Source of the DNA: Patescibacteria group bacterium
GTDB lineage: Bacteria; Patescibacteriota; Microgenomatia; UBA1400; PJMF01
DNA: 62,475 bases
Direction: 5' to 3'
NCBI GenBank assembly: GCA_018830045.1
Contig: JAHJTF010000002.1
Location: forward strand, 1-62,475
Position 1 is the stretch's first letter. Every line of letters starts with the position of its first letter. Under the pieces are notes generated by a model that worked only from the letters and a program-made list of their open reading frames with translations, did not search any database and was not told the origin of the DNA. The position numbers and the translations under genes are program-made. Below, in pieces: positions 7,996-17,340 of the stretch.

Positions 7996-8893
7996 TAGTT
8001 GAGATTACCTTTTCAAGGTTGCCATTGATAATTCCCTCAAGATTATACCAAGATTCTTTAATGCGATGATCAGTGACGCGGTTCTGGGGGAAGTTATAAG
8101 TACGGATTTTTTCCGCTCGTCTGGCACTCCCGATGGCACTGCGCGCTTGCCCTAACTCTTTGAGTCGTTTTTCTTCTTCAATTTCCCAAAGTTGTGAGCG
8201 GAGGAGTTCTAGAGCAATTTGGCGATTTTGAGTTTGTTTGCGTTCTTGGCGCGCGGTGACAGCTATCCCACTAGGCCGATGAGTGAGCCTGACTGCGCTA
8301 CTGGTTTTGTTGACAGATTGACCCCCGGCTCCACTAGAGCGCATAAATTCCCAGATGAGATCATCATCACTAATTTCGATGGCTTGCGGATGTATTTCAG
8401 GTAAGACTGCTACGGTGGCAGTCGAAGTATGAACTCTACCCTGAGATTCTGTCACGGGGACTCGTTGGACGCGGTGGACTCCAGATTCGTTTTCGAGGAG
8501 TTCATAAGCCGTGAGAGCTTCATCGAAACCCTCAATTTGAGCTTTGCCCTTAATTTTAATGACTTGATCGTCAATAAACTCTACCTTTAGTCCTAAAATT
8601 TCCGTAAACCTAGTGTACATACGCATTAATTCTTCAGCCCAGATTTTGGCTTCATCACCGCCCGTGCCCTGGCGAAATTCTAAAATTGCATTTTGGTGTT
8701 TAATGCTTGGTCCGATTGGAGTTTGAGCTTGGTGCATTTGATCAGCCGCCTGGGTTAAGAGTTGTTTTTGCTCTTCAAGTCTAGTTAATTCAAGGTGTGC
8801 CAACTCACCTAACTCAGGATCACCAAGCAGTGTCTGATTTTCGTTAATTTTTTTTTGTAGTTGATCGATTTGATCTTGATATGGATTAGTCAT
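7967..8893 (-). CDS. prfA: peptide chain release factor 1
   Basis: The GGQ motif (SGAGGQSVNKT) and an RF1-type PVT tripeptide (RVQRVPVTESQGRVHTS) are present. Start placed at MTNPYQ. The protein is about 308 aa, shorter than typical RF1. Confidence 0.9.
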   Translation of the reverse strand: MTNPYQDQIDQLQKKINENQTLLGDPELGELAHLELTRLEEQKQLLTQAADQMHQAQTPIGPSIKHQNAILEFRQGTGGDEAKIWAEELMRMYTRFTEILGLKVEFIDDQVIKIKGKAQIEGFDEALTAYELLENESGVHRVQRVPVTESQGRVHTSTATVAVLPEIHPQAIEISDDDLIWEFMRSSGAGGQSVNKTSSAVRLTHRPSGIAVTARQERKQTQNRQIALELLRSQLWEIEEEKRLKELGQARSAIGSARRAEKIRTYNFPQNRVTDHRIKESWYNLEGIINGNLEKVISTIISRLSPAE

Positions 8894-8946
8894 AGAAATA
8901 CTTGCGCTATTATAGCGATCTTGACACACAATATCAGGTGGGGGAG

Positions 8947-9279
8947 CTAATTATCTTGAGCTTGAGCAGTTTTTTTGAGCTTGGTTTTTTCTTCACCCAA
9001 TAACTGCTTATATGATTTTTGATCAGCGGGTTTGTTTTGTTTTTTAGATTTCTTTTTTGTTTTTGCCTGAGCAGCTTGAGCTGTAGCCATTTTTTTCTTA
9101 AATTTATCTACTCTGCCTTGACGGTCAACAAATCTCATTTCTCCAGTGAAAAAAGGATGACAAGCACCGCAGATATCAATCTCAATAGTTTTTTGAGTGG
9201 AACCAGTAGCAAAAGTATTCCCACAGGCACAACTTACTACCGCGTCATGATGCCAGTCGGGATGAATGCCTTGTTTCAT
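8947..9279 (-). CDS. rpmE: 50S ribosomal protein L31 (Cys-containing type) with Lys-rich tail
   Basis: [29 protein letters not shown] is the L31 signature and has four Cys. Confidence 0.9.
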   Translation of the reverse strand: MKQGIHPDWHHDAVVSCACGNTFATGSTQKTIEIDICGACHPFFTGEMRFVDRQGRVDKFKKKMATAQAAQAKTKKKSKKQNKPADQKSYKQLLGEEKTKLKKTAQAQDN

Positions 9280-9334
9280 AGAGACAAGCATTATATCATA
9301 GTTGGAAATTGGGAAGTTGAGGGGGTGGCGGGCT

Positions 9335-11113
9335 ATGTGTGGAATCTACGGTGCTATTGTCAGCAATCAGGATGCGGGGAGCGTTGTTTATCACGGTCTC
9401 AAAAGGCTTGAGTACAGAGGTTATGATTCTTGGGGGGTAGTAGTCACTAGAGCGGGTGATTTTTTTATTGAAAAACAAGTCGGTAAAATTGATAAAAATC
9501 ATCAACTTAGCGCTCCTCCAGCCCAAGTGGCAATTGGTCATACTCGCTGGGCAACTCATGGCAGAGTGACTCAAGTTAACGCTCATCCCCACTTAGCTCA
9601 AAATGGCTCGTTTGCCCTGGTACAAAATGGGGTAGTAGAGAATTATCAACAGCTTCAGGAAAAACTGGTCTCACAGGGATATGATTTTATTTCCCAGACA
9701 GATACTGAGGTGATCGTGGCGCTGATAGAACAGCTGGAAACGCGTAAGCACGAAACAGAACCGTCTGTTGCCACGGTCAGACAAGTTTTTAGTCAGTTAC
9801 GCGGCAGAAATACCATTGCTTTAGTGACTCAATCAGGGAAAATCATCGCGATTCGGCAAGGCTCGCCCTTAGTGGTGGGTAAAAACAAACAAGGCGACAT
9901 ATTTATTTCCTCAGATGTTTTGTCATTAGCCCCAGATGCCAATGAATACTTCATACTTGATCATGGGCAGGGAGTGATTGTGACCTGCAAAAAAATTCAA
10001 CCATTTGTAGTCAAAACAGGCAAAAAAATCTCTCTTGAATATCAACCAATCAAGATCAGTAGTACTGCGCTTGATACTGCCGGCTTTGATCATTTCATGC
10101 TTAAAGAAATTTATGAACAAACAGAAGTCTTAAATAATGTTACGGAACAACCTCAAAAACAATTGACAGCATTAGTAACTGAGATTAAAAAAGCTAATCG
10201 GGTTTACACTCTTGGGGCAGGAAGCGCCAGTTTCGCAGCTGAGCAACTTGCCTTTTGGTTGCGAGAGCAGGGAGTTTTAACCACAGCCCTCAAATCGTAT
10301 GAAGCTCGTTCTTATCAAAATTTATTTTCTTCCAACGACTTGTGTATTGCTATTAGTCAGAGTGGAGAAACCGCTGATACCAATGAAGTAGTAGAGTGGT
10401 TGCTGCAGTTTGGAGTTAAGTTGGCCAGTATTGTTAATATGCCTGGTTCCACCCTGACTGCATTATCTGATCTACCCTTTATGTTGCAGGTGGGTCCAGA
10501 AGTGGGGGTAGCTAGTACTAAAGCTTTATCTGGCCAAATGATTTGGAGTAAGTTGCTCTCTGAGCTCATAGCGGGAAAGACTTTATTAGCTTATCAAAAG
10601 CAAGTTCAAGAGTACTCCAAGCAACTACAGAATTGGTTTGAGAGCCAGGTTATTGGTCAACTGCAGTCGTTGGCTAAAGAATTGGCCAATCACAAGCACT
10701 TATTTGTGTTAGGTAGGGGTCAGCTTTATATGCCAGCTTTAGAATTTGCCTTAAAAATGAAAGAGATTAGTTATATTCATGCTGAGGGTTTTAGTGGAGG
10801 AGAGCTCAAGCATGGGGTGATTGCGTTAATAGAACAAGGCACACCAGTGGTGTGTTTGGTTGCTAAAGATAAGGAAAAAAACGATATGCTTAGTGCCGCA
10901 GCTGAGGTTAAGGCTCGGGGAGCAAGAGTTATTGGAGTCTCGATAGAGAACAATCAGTTATTTGATGACTGGATTAGGTTGCCAAAAGCTTCTGAGTTGG
11001 TAGCAATTTCTTGCTTTATTCCTGCACAACTTTTGACTTATTATATGGCGGTTGAACAGGCTTATGATCCTGATAAGCCTCGTAATTTGGCAAAAAGTGT
11101 GACGGTTAAGTAA
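9335..11113 (+). CDS. glmS: glutamine--fructose-6-phosphate aminotransferase
   Basis: N-terminal MCGIYG (Ntn Cys), two SIS domains (SQSGETADT) and the C-terminal AKSVTVK-type end. Start placed at 9335. Confidence 0.95.
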   Translation: MCGIYGAIVSNQDAGSVVYHGLKRLEYRGYDSWGVVVTRAGDFFIEKQVGKIDKNHQLSAPPAQVAIGHTRWATHGRVTQVNAHPHLAQNGSFALVQNGVVENYQQLQEKLVSQGYDFISQTDTEVIVALIEQLETRKHETEPSVATVRQVFSQLRGRNTIALVTQSGKIIAIRQGSPLVVGKNKQGDIFISSDVLSLAPDANEYFILDHGQGVIVTCKKIQPFVVKTGKKISLEYQPIKISSTALDTAGFDHFMLKEIYEQTEVLNNVTEQPQKQLTALVTEIKKANRVYTLGAGSASFAAEQLAFWLREQGVLTTALKSYEARSYQNLFSSNDLCIAISQSGETADTNEVVEWLLQFGVKLASIVNMPGSTLTALSDLPFMLQVGPEVGVASTKALSGQMIWSKLLSELIAGKTLLAYQKQVQEYSKQLQNWFESQVIGQLQSLAKELANHKHLFVLGRGQLYMPALEFALKMKEISYIHAEGFSGGELKHGVIALIEQGTPVVCLVAKDKEKNDMLSAAAEVKARGARVIGVSIENNQLFDDWIRLPKASELVAISCFIPAQLLTYYMAVEQAYDPDKPRNLAKSVTVK

Positions 11114-11127
11114 TTAGCGCCAAGCTA

Positions 11128-12075
11128 CTAACGCCAAGATCGTCTCTGTGCAATTACGACCCCAAGTAAGATAATCAATAAAGATCCTATTTGGAGCGGA
11201 TAAATTTTTTCACTCAATAGCCAAAATCCTAAGGGGAGATAAATTAAGGGTTGAAGATAAGTAAATAAGGTGGCTTCCGAAGCCTCAATGCCCTCTTGTC
11301 CTTTAAGATAGGCGGTAAGGCCAATGATGGAGCCAAATACTGCCATATAGCCCCCAGTAACCCAAACCGAGAGGTGCTGTAGATCTTGGTGAATAGCAGA
11401 CAGTAATTGAGTTATCCCGCCAGTCTCAAAAGCACTTAGGGAGGCAAAAGTAATCAAACACACATAAAAACTAATAGTAGCTATAAAAATTTTAGGTAGT
11501 TTTTGATAATGTTTTTTGGCTAAAATAAAATAGAGGGCTGTGGCGATATTCTGGCCCACGATCAGTAAATTGCCAGTCAAAGAAATATCCTTAATTGTTG
11601 CATAGCCATTAAGCAAGGGGAAAAGAGTTAAAAGCAATGTGCCAGCAAAGGCGATCGCCATACCAACAACTTCATGTTTTTCTTCTTTTTCTTTCAGAGT
11701 CGCTACGGCAAAGATAGACACAAAGATAGGGGTGGTAGTAGTAATCAAACTAGCTTCAATAGCGCTAGTTAGGTTCAGACCAGAGTAAAGCAGGGATAAA
11801 GCTATCGTCCCACCCAGTATTTCTAAAAGTGTAATTTTAGCGAGAGTTTTCTTTAAATTTTTAATTTTGGGTAAGAAATGAAACAAAAGAGGAGTAGCTA
11901 GAATAGCAGCAATGATGTAGCGATAAAGTAAGAATCTGAAAGGGGTGGTGGCCTCAAAAGCTGGCTTGACCACAATTAATGCCGCGCCCCAAACAATCGT
12001 GTTAATAATCATGAAGACATAAGAAGGAAGGCGAGATTTTTTTTTAGTTTTCCCACGAGTCATACTCATCATCAT
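11128..12075 (-). CDS. EamA/DMT-family transporter (10 TM)
   Basis: Two EamA-like halves of hydrophobic helices. The start is ambiguous (the MMMSM run at 12075-12061). Confidence 0.7.
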   Translation of the reverse strand: MMMSMTRGKTKKKSRLPSYVFMIINTIVWGAALIVVKPAFEATTPFRFLLYRYIIAAILATPLLFHFLPKIKNLKKTLAKITLLEILGGTIALSLLYSGLNLTSAIEASLITTTTPIFVSIFAVATLKEKEEKHEVVGMAIAFAGTLLLTLFPLLNGYATIKDISLTGNLLIVGQNIATALYFILAKKHYQKLPKIFIATISFYVCLITFASLSAFETGGITQLLSAIHQDLQHLSVWVTGGYMAVFGSIIGLTAYLKGQEGIEASEATLFTYLQPLIYLPLGFWLLSEKIYPLQIGSLLIILLGVVIAQRRSWR

Positions 12076-12089
12076 AGTCAGGATTTGAT

Positions 12090-12683
12090 ATGATGCACAA
12101 CATGCAGTTGAAAAAATATTTAGCAAAATACCCCAAGAAGTATTTAATTTTCGATTTTGATGAAACTATTACTAGAATTGAGATGGATTGGAGTTTGTAT
12201 TATGACCGACTGGCTAAAGTTTATGAGAAATTTGATCCTGGGCATAAACATCTAGTTTTTTCTAGATACGATGGTTACAACGACTTTGTGAAAAAATATG
12301 GTAAAAAAGTGGCGCGCTTGGTAAAAGTTGCAAATCAAAAATATGAACAAGAAATGGCTCGTGGTTTTACTCCCAATCCTGAATTAATTAAGTTTATTAA
12401 AAATGCTGATAGATATAAAAAATATATTTATTCCAGTAATACTCTACCTACAGTATTAAGAGGAGTAAGAGAGCTAGAACTAGATGGTTGTTTTGATCAA
12501 ATCATCACTCGTAGTGAAGTTACATATATTAAACCTGATTTGGAGGGTTTTAATTTACTGTACGATCCCAGTGTGTCTAAAAGTGAGTACTTAATGATCG
12601 GCAATAGTTTTTCTGATCAAAATTTAGCTAAGCTAGCGGAAATTGATTTTTATCTAGTCGAGTATTTTAGACCAATTTATTAA
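12090..12683 (+). CDS. HAD-superfamily hydrolase
   Basis: DxDxT motif FDFDETI near the N-terminus, and GNSFSD late in the sequence. Confidence 0.7.
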   Translation: MMHNMQLKKYLAKYPKKYLIFDFDETITRIEMDWSLYYDRLAKVYEKFDPGHKHLVFSRYDGYNDFVKKYGKKVARLVKVANQKYEQEMARGFTPNPELIKFIKNADRYKKYIYSSNTLPTVLRGVRELELDGCFDQIITRSEVTYIKPDLEGFNLLYDPSVSKSEYLMIGNSFSDQNLAKLAEIDFYLVEYFRPIY

Positions 12684-13908
12684 TCACTTCATCGATACTC
12701 ATTATTTCTTGGTCCCCGGTTTTGAGATTTTTTAGAGAAACTTGGTTTGAAGCGATTTCCTCTTCACCAATAACGATGGCATAGGGAATATTAGCCTGGT
12801 CAGCTTTTTTGAACTGTTTACTCATACTATCAATTGCTGGATAGAGTTCAGTTTTAATACCCGCTTGTCTGAGCTTGGTAGCAGCCTGAACAGAATTGAT
12901 CTGGAGTTTTTCATCAAAAACTGTTACTAGAACTTGGGTACCAACTTTATCTGTGGGTATTAATCCTAGCTGTGTTGCCGCTTCCACCGTCCGGTCAAAG
13001 CCAAAAGCAATCCCTACTGCAGGAATATCAACTCCACCTAATTGATTAATTAATTTGTCATAACGGCCGCCGCCGCCGCAGGAACCGGAGCCATATTCGG
13101 GAAGGATGACTTCGAAGATCATGCCGGTGTAGTAATTTAAACCCCTAGCCAAAGTAGAAGTAAAAACTAAGTCTTTCTCCAAGACTCCAAGTTGTTGACT
13201 GAGCTTAATAATTTCTGCCAAATTATTAGAGATCTTTGCCTGCGCAATTTTTTCTAAAGCAGATTTGGCATTTTCTGTTGTTAGGCCTTTTTTTGTGAGT
13301 TCTAACATTACATCTTCGGCGGATAATTTATCTAATTTATCAACGCTTTGAATAATGGAGAAAATATTTACTTCATCAGTTACAAATGTTTTCAGTGCCG
13401 TAAATAATACTTGGCGATCATTAATTTTTAACTTAATGTTTTTGAAACCCACATTAATGAAGGAAAAATAAGTGCAAGCGATTATTTCTGCGTCTGCTAG
13501 GGGAGAGGTACTGCCAAAGATATCAATATCACATTGAGCAAACTCTCGATATCTACCAATTTGAGGCTTATCGGCCCGAAAAACGTTTTGAATTTGATAG
13601 CGACGAAAATAGCGCGGTAATTGATTTTGATACTGAGCTAAAACTCGAGCCGTAGGCACGGTTTGGTCATACCTTAAGGCCACTTCTCGCCCGCCTCGAT
13701 CCTTAAAGTTATAAACGAGTTTATCAGCTTCATCACCATATTTACCCAAGAGTAAAGATGCATACTCTAGAGTTGGTGTTTCTAGTGGTTGAAAGCCAAA
13801 CTGTTCAAAAATTTCTATGATCTTGCTGGCGACAAAATCACGCTGGCGTTTTTCTGCTGGTAAAAAATCACGAAAGCCTTTAAGAGTTTGAATTTGTTGT
13901 TTTGACAT
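12667..13908 (-). CDS. hisS: histidine--tRNA ligase
   Basis: Class II aaRS motifs: KGFRDFLP, RYREFAQCD, GGGRYD and GFDR. Confidence 0.95.
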   Translation of the reverse strand: MSKQQIQTLKGFRDFLPAEKRQRDFVASKIIEIFEQFGFQPLETPTLEYASLLLGKYGDEADKLVYNFKDRGGREVALRYDQTVPTARVLAQYQNQLPRYFRRYQIQNVFRADKPQIGRYREFAQCDIDIFGSTSPLADAEIIACTYFSFINVGFKNIKLKINDRQVLFTALKTFVTDEVNIFSIIQSVDKLDKLSAEDVMLELTKKGLTTENAKSALEKIAQAKISNNLAEIIKLSQQLGVLEKDLVFTSTLARGLNYYTGMIFEVILPEYGSGSCGGGGRYDKLINQLGGVDIPAVGIAFGFDRTVEAATQLGLIPTDKVGTQVLVTVFDEKLQINSVQAATKLRQAGIKTELYPAIDSMSKQFKKADQANIPYAIVIGEEEIASNQVSLKNLKTGDQEIMSIDEVINKLV

Positions 13909-14011
13909 AATTTTTTTTAATTTGTTAATGCTTATTGTAACAGTTTTTACAGGCCTGTTACCGGGCAGGTGGCAACATTGTATTCTATCAGACTATTGCT
14001 ATTTTCATTTT

Positions 14012-14215
14012 TTATACTTTATACATTGCCAATATCTTGAGATATTCTTCAGCAAGTGCTTTTTGTTGGCTATCAGTTAGTGTATCAAAATACTCTCTGG
14101 CTTCTTCTGGCCCCGTAAGACCCGATGAGCAAGCATTTCGTATCCAATTGAGAAAATCACGTGATGGTCTAATAGGATATTGTTTGGATTTTTTTTCTAT
14201 TTCTTTTTCTGACAT
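14012..14215 (-). CDS. hypothetical small protein (67 aa)
   Basis: Strong SD (AAAGGAGGA) 4 nt upstream of the ATG. It is co-oriented with the two upstream genes. Confidence 0.5.
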   Translation of the reverse strand: MSEKEIEKKSKQYPIRPSRDFLNWIRNACSSGLTGPEEAREYFDTLTDSQQKALAEEYLKILAMYKV

Positions 14216-14231
14216 TTTTCCTCCTTTCTGT

Positions 14232-14660
14232 TTACAAATTAATAATTCCCAATCCCGCTATGCCTAGTAATAATCCTAAAATTTGCAGTTTGGTTAGTTT
14301 TTCTCCTAAAAGCACCAAACTCAGCATAATTAACACTATGTTTCGCCCGATTAAGATTGAGGGTAGAGTAGTACTGGCTTGGTTTTGCGGTGATCTAAGC
14401 ACGATGAATAAGGCATAAAGTGCTATTGAGATTAAAACTCCAGCTAAAATAGAATACTTCCAACCATCGTTAGAAATCATTACCTCTGGTCTTTTGCGTA
14501 AGAACTGGATGGTTAAGATTATTGCCAAGGTTATTGCCGAGCTAACTTGGACCAACAATGCTCCCAGGGCCGGGTCACTCTTAGTAGCGGTGAGTTTGAT
14601 GACTAGGTCGTAGCCACCAAACAACACCGCGCTAATTAGAGCTAATAAACCGATTTTCAT
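14232..14660 (-). CDS. half-size EamA/DMT-type membrane transporter (142 aa)
   Basis: Four to five hydrophobic helices with an EamA-like pattern. Its start overlaps the stop of the upstream lyase gene (ATGA). Confidence 0.65.
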   Translation of the reverse strand: MKIGLLALISAVLFGGYDLVIKLTATKSDPALGALLVQVSSAITLAIILTIQFLRKRPEVMISNDGWKYSILAGVLISIALYALFIVLRSPQNQASTTLPSILIGRNIVLIMLSLVLLGEKLTKLQILGLLLGIAGLGIINL

Positions 14661-16210
14661 TTCAGCTCTCCAATTATTTTCTCGGCAGTTTCGAGCACTT
14701 TAAACTTTTTAATCAAAGGCACAACCCTATCAATATCTTCATAAAAAGCCCTGTCTTGAGTAATCTCTGGGCTAATTGAGCGCACTAATTTGTAAACTGC
14801 CCGGAATGCTGGCGATGGCTGGAGTGGTTTTCTAAACTCGTATGCCTGGCAAACAGCCAATAGTTGAATTGCCAAAATAGCCTCAGTGTTTTTGATGATC
14901 TCTCGAGCCTGACGAGCAGCAATTGTCGCCATGGAGACGTGATCTTCCTGATTGGCTGAGACTGGGATTGAATCCACACTACATGGCGAGGCCAAGACTT
15001 TGTTTTCAGAAATTAGAGCCGCCTGAGTGTATTGCGCAATCATTAAACCCGAATCTAAACCGGCACTTTTAACCAAGAATGCTGGTAAACCACCCGAACA
15101 AGCTGGGTCCATGAGGTTATTGGTTTGACGCTCCATGATGTTGCCTAGATCAGTCACAATGATTTTTAGCAAATCCTGCGTATAGCCAATGGGCGCACCG
15201 TGAAAATTGGCTCCAGTCAAACAAATTTTTTCTTTGGTAAAGAATAATGGGTTGTCAGCTACTGCATTGATTTCAGTTTCAGTTACACGGCGGATGTAAG
15301 CTAGAGCCTCGCGCGCAGCACCTACCACCTGAGGAACAGAACGTAAAGAATAAGCATTTTGGACATTTTTCTTTTTTTGAGCCATAATCTCACTCCCGGA
15401 AAACAACTTGCGCAAGTTATTTGCAGACTGAGTTTGGCCCAAATAGCCTTTAGCATCGTTATAAAGTGCGCTGTAGGCAGACTCCACACAGTTTAGCACC
15501 TCGATATTCATGCTACAGATGATCTCAGTTTGTTTGATGAGCCTTTGTGTGTCATAAACATTAAAAGCCGCGACAGCGCTCATGTATTGAGTACCATTCA
15601 TAATGGCCAAGCCTTCACGATAGGCGAGTTTTATTAAAGGAATACCAGCTTGGTTCATGGCGGCTGTACCGGTCATAATTTTGCCTTGGTAATAAGCCTG
15701 CCCTTCACCAATGGCGACTAGGCCCATTTGCGAAAGCGGGGCCAGATCACCAGAAGTTCCCACCGAGCCTTTGTTATAAAATACTGGCGTCACGCCCTTG
15801 TTTAACATCTCGATAAACGTGTTAAATAATTTGAGTCTTACTCCAGAATAGCCTTTGGCAAATAAGGCGGTGCGTAGAAACAGGGTGGCGCGAGCAATAT
15901 CTTTTTCCACCACATCGCCCCAGCCAGAGCTGTGAGCTCTAAGCATCCGAGTGGAGAGTTCGCCGGCTTTTTCTTTAGAAATCAAGACATTGCCAAAACC
16001 ACCAATGCCGGTGTTTAAGCCATACATAACATCACCTCGCTCCAGCATTTCTGCGATCGCCACCCAGTTAGCCTGGATTTTATCTAAAGCAGATTGAGCA
16101 GGTTTGACTTTAGTTTTATCACGTCCGACACGCACCACGTCTTCAATTGAGAGTGGCTGGTTGTTAAGAGTGATTAAATTAGGCGCGATACTTTTTTCAT
16201 TATTTTTCAT
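14657..16210 (-). CDS. hutH: histidine ammonia-lyase family (MIO-dependent) enzyme
   Basis: The MIO region reads GSVGTSGDLAPLSQ, with TSG where HAL usually has ASG. HAL-type SANQEDHVSM and LRAHSSG are present. Start placed at MKNNEKS (16210); the listed GTG at 16285 abuts a terminator. Confidence 0.85.
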   Translation of the reverse strand: MKNNEKSIAPNLITLNNQPLSIEDVVRVGRDKTKVKPAQSALDKIQANWVAIAEMLERGDVMYGLNTGIGGFGNVLISKEKAGELSTRMLRAHSSGWGDVVEKDIARATLFLRTALFAKGYSGVRLKLFNTFIEMLNKGVTPVFYNKGSVGTSGDLAPLSQMGLVAIGEGQAYYQGKIMTGTAAMNQAGIPLIKLAYREGLAIMNGTQYMSAVAAFNVYDTQRLIKQTEIICSMNIEVLNCVESAYSALYNDAKGYLGQTQSANNLRKLFSGSEIMAQKKKNVQNAYSLRSVPQVVGAAREALAYIRRVTETEINAVADNPLFFTKEKICLTGANFHGAPIGYTQDLLKIIVTDLGNIMERQTNNLMDPACSGGLPAFLVKSAGLDSGLMIAQYTQAALISENKVLASPCSVDSIPVSANQEDHVSMATIAARQAREIIKNTEAILAIQLLAVCQAYEFRKPLQPSPAFRAVYKLVRSISPEITQDRAFYEDIDRVVPLIKKFKVLETAEKIIGELK

Positions 16211-16286
16211 TATTATTTTCTTTCTTGATAATTTTTGTAATTGATTGTTTTTTGCTAATTGCTTGTGAATCTTGCTAAGACGCACT

Positions 16287-16312
16287 AAAAACCCCCGCGG
16301 TTTGGCGGGGGT
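16287..16312 (-). terminator. intrinsic terminator in the 5' leader of the lyase gene
   Basis: The minus strand reads ACCCCCGC-caaacc-GCGGGGGT, a perfect 8-bp GC-rich stem, followed by TTTT. It lies between a consensus promoter and the lyase start. Confidence 0.6.
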
Positions 16313-16336
16313 AGAGAATTAAGATTAAAATTATGA

Positions 16337-16420
16337 TTAAGCCGCAAAAACTACACCCGCCACTTTATGCTGGGGGCGATGATGAGCAGCGTTGGTTTGT
16401 AAGACTGTCATGCTAGACAT
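16337..16420 (-). promoter_or_regulatory. candidate leader peptide ORF (27 aa; MSSMTVLQTNAAHHRPQHKVAGVVFAA)
   Basis: The ATG begins 8 nt after the -10 hexamer, so it would be near-leaderless; a second in-frame ATG lies at 16411. The ORF contains 3 His codons. Its 3' part contains the antiterminator arm. Confidence 0.3.
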
Positions 16421-16428
16421 AAAAACGC

Positions 16429-16456
16429 ATTATACATGAGTTGAGCTTTATGTCAA
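16429..16456 (-). promoter_or_regulatory. consensus sigma70 promoter, TTGACA-16-TATAAT
   Basis: The minus strand reads TTGACA (16456-16451), a 16-nt spacer, then TATAAT (16434-16429). Confidence 0.6.
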
Positions 16457-16582
16457 TATGTTAGCATGCTAATATAAAATAGAGTGAAATTGGGCAGTTT
16501 TTATTATTTACTACACTTCTTGTCATAAATCATTGTTTTGCCTCTTTGCAGTTAATTTTTCACGGGGTAATATGAAAGAATC

Positions 16583-16891
16583 ATGTTAACCCAACAAGAT
16601 AAAAAATATCTAAATAAAACTTTTGTCACCAAAAAATATTTACATGAAAACTTTGTTACCAAAAAAGATCATGATCAATTTGTGGACAGCGTGGCCGCGG
16701 AATTTTCGAGAATCCATGAAAAATTCGCAGCAATTGATGAAAGATTTGATGAGATGGATCAAAGGTTTGATAAATTAGAAAATTTGATTAATGAAGTGCT
16801 TTTAGAGGTAAGAAGTATTGGTACAAAGCTAGATGCGACGATTAAGCGAGTCGACAAAATTGAACTTCATTTGGGTTTAGCCATAGCCTAA
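16583..16891 (+). CDS. hypothetical coiled-coil protein
   Basis: 102-aa ORF with heptad-like ERFDEMDQRFDKLENLINEV and internal FVTKK repeats. I recognise no family. Confidence 0.5.
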   Translation: MLTQQDKKYLNKTFVTKKYLHENFVTKKDHDQFVDSVAAEFSRIHEKFAAIDERFDEMDQRFDKLENLINEVLLEVRSIGTKLDATIKRVDKIELHLGLAIA

Positions 16892-17175
16892 TTTTTTTTC
16901 GGGTAAAGTTTGGTCAAAACTGTTTTGTAACCCTTGTAAGGTTCTTTATTTAGAAACCTAGCCACCCTAGTAACCGTGGTAGTGCTGGTATGAAGTTGAT
17001 CGGCAATTTCTGCGTAAGACATTTGAGTAGTCCAAAGCAATTTAGCGATCTGGAATCGAGTTGAAAATTCATCAATCTCTGCCGGAGTGAGTAAGTCTTT
17101 GAGAAAGTTTTTAACTCCTGCTTCATTTTCGAGCTGGCTAAAAGCAACTAGCAGATCGTGAGTTTGTTTTGACAT
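16888..17175 (-). CDS. TrpR-like / YerC-YecD family DNA-binding protein
   Basis: FLKDLLTPAEIDEFSTRFQIAKLL...SYAEIADQLHTSTTTVTRV matches the TrpR/YerC helix-turn-helix pattern. Confidence 0.7.
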   Translation of the reverse strand: MSKQTHDLLVAFSQLENEAGVKNFLKDLLTPAEIDEFSTRFQIAKLLWTTQMSYAEIADQLHTSTTTVTRVARFLNKEPYKGYKTVLTKLYPKKN

Positions 17176-17209
17176 ATTGGTGTTATTATACGGTAAAATA
17201 CTTGTTTAT

Positions 17210-17281
17210 GGGCTCATAGGTAAAACGGTATACCATACCCTTCGCATGGGTAAATTCCGGGTTCGATTCCCGGTGAGTCCA
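17210..17281 (+). tRNA. tRNA-Ala (anticodon CGC)
   Basis: Hand-folded cloverleaf: acceptor GGGCTCA/TGAGTCC with G3:U70, D stem GGTA/TACC, anticodon stem TACCC/GGGTA with loop TTCGCAT, and T arm CCGGG-TTCGATT-CCCGG. CCA is not encoded. Confidence 0.9.
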
Positions 17282-17340
17282 CAAAGTTTGGAACGGTCCT
17301 GTTAGAACTTGTGCATTCTGTTTTTAGGAGTGCTATAATT

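Noticed and set aside
9280-9334. glmS ribozyme upstream of glmS
   Set aside because: Only about 55 nt separate the divergent rpmE start and the glmS Cys codon. That is far too short for the ribozyme, and no conserved core is visible.
13909-14011. T-box leader upstream of hisS
   Set aside because: The spacer is about 100 nt, with one short hairpin (GTAACAG/CTGTTAC) and no T-box or specifier-loop architecture.
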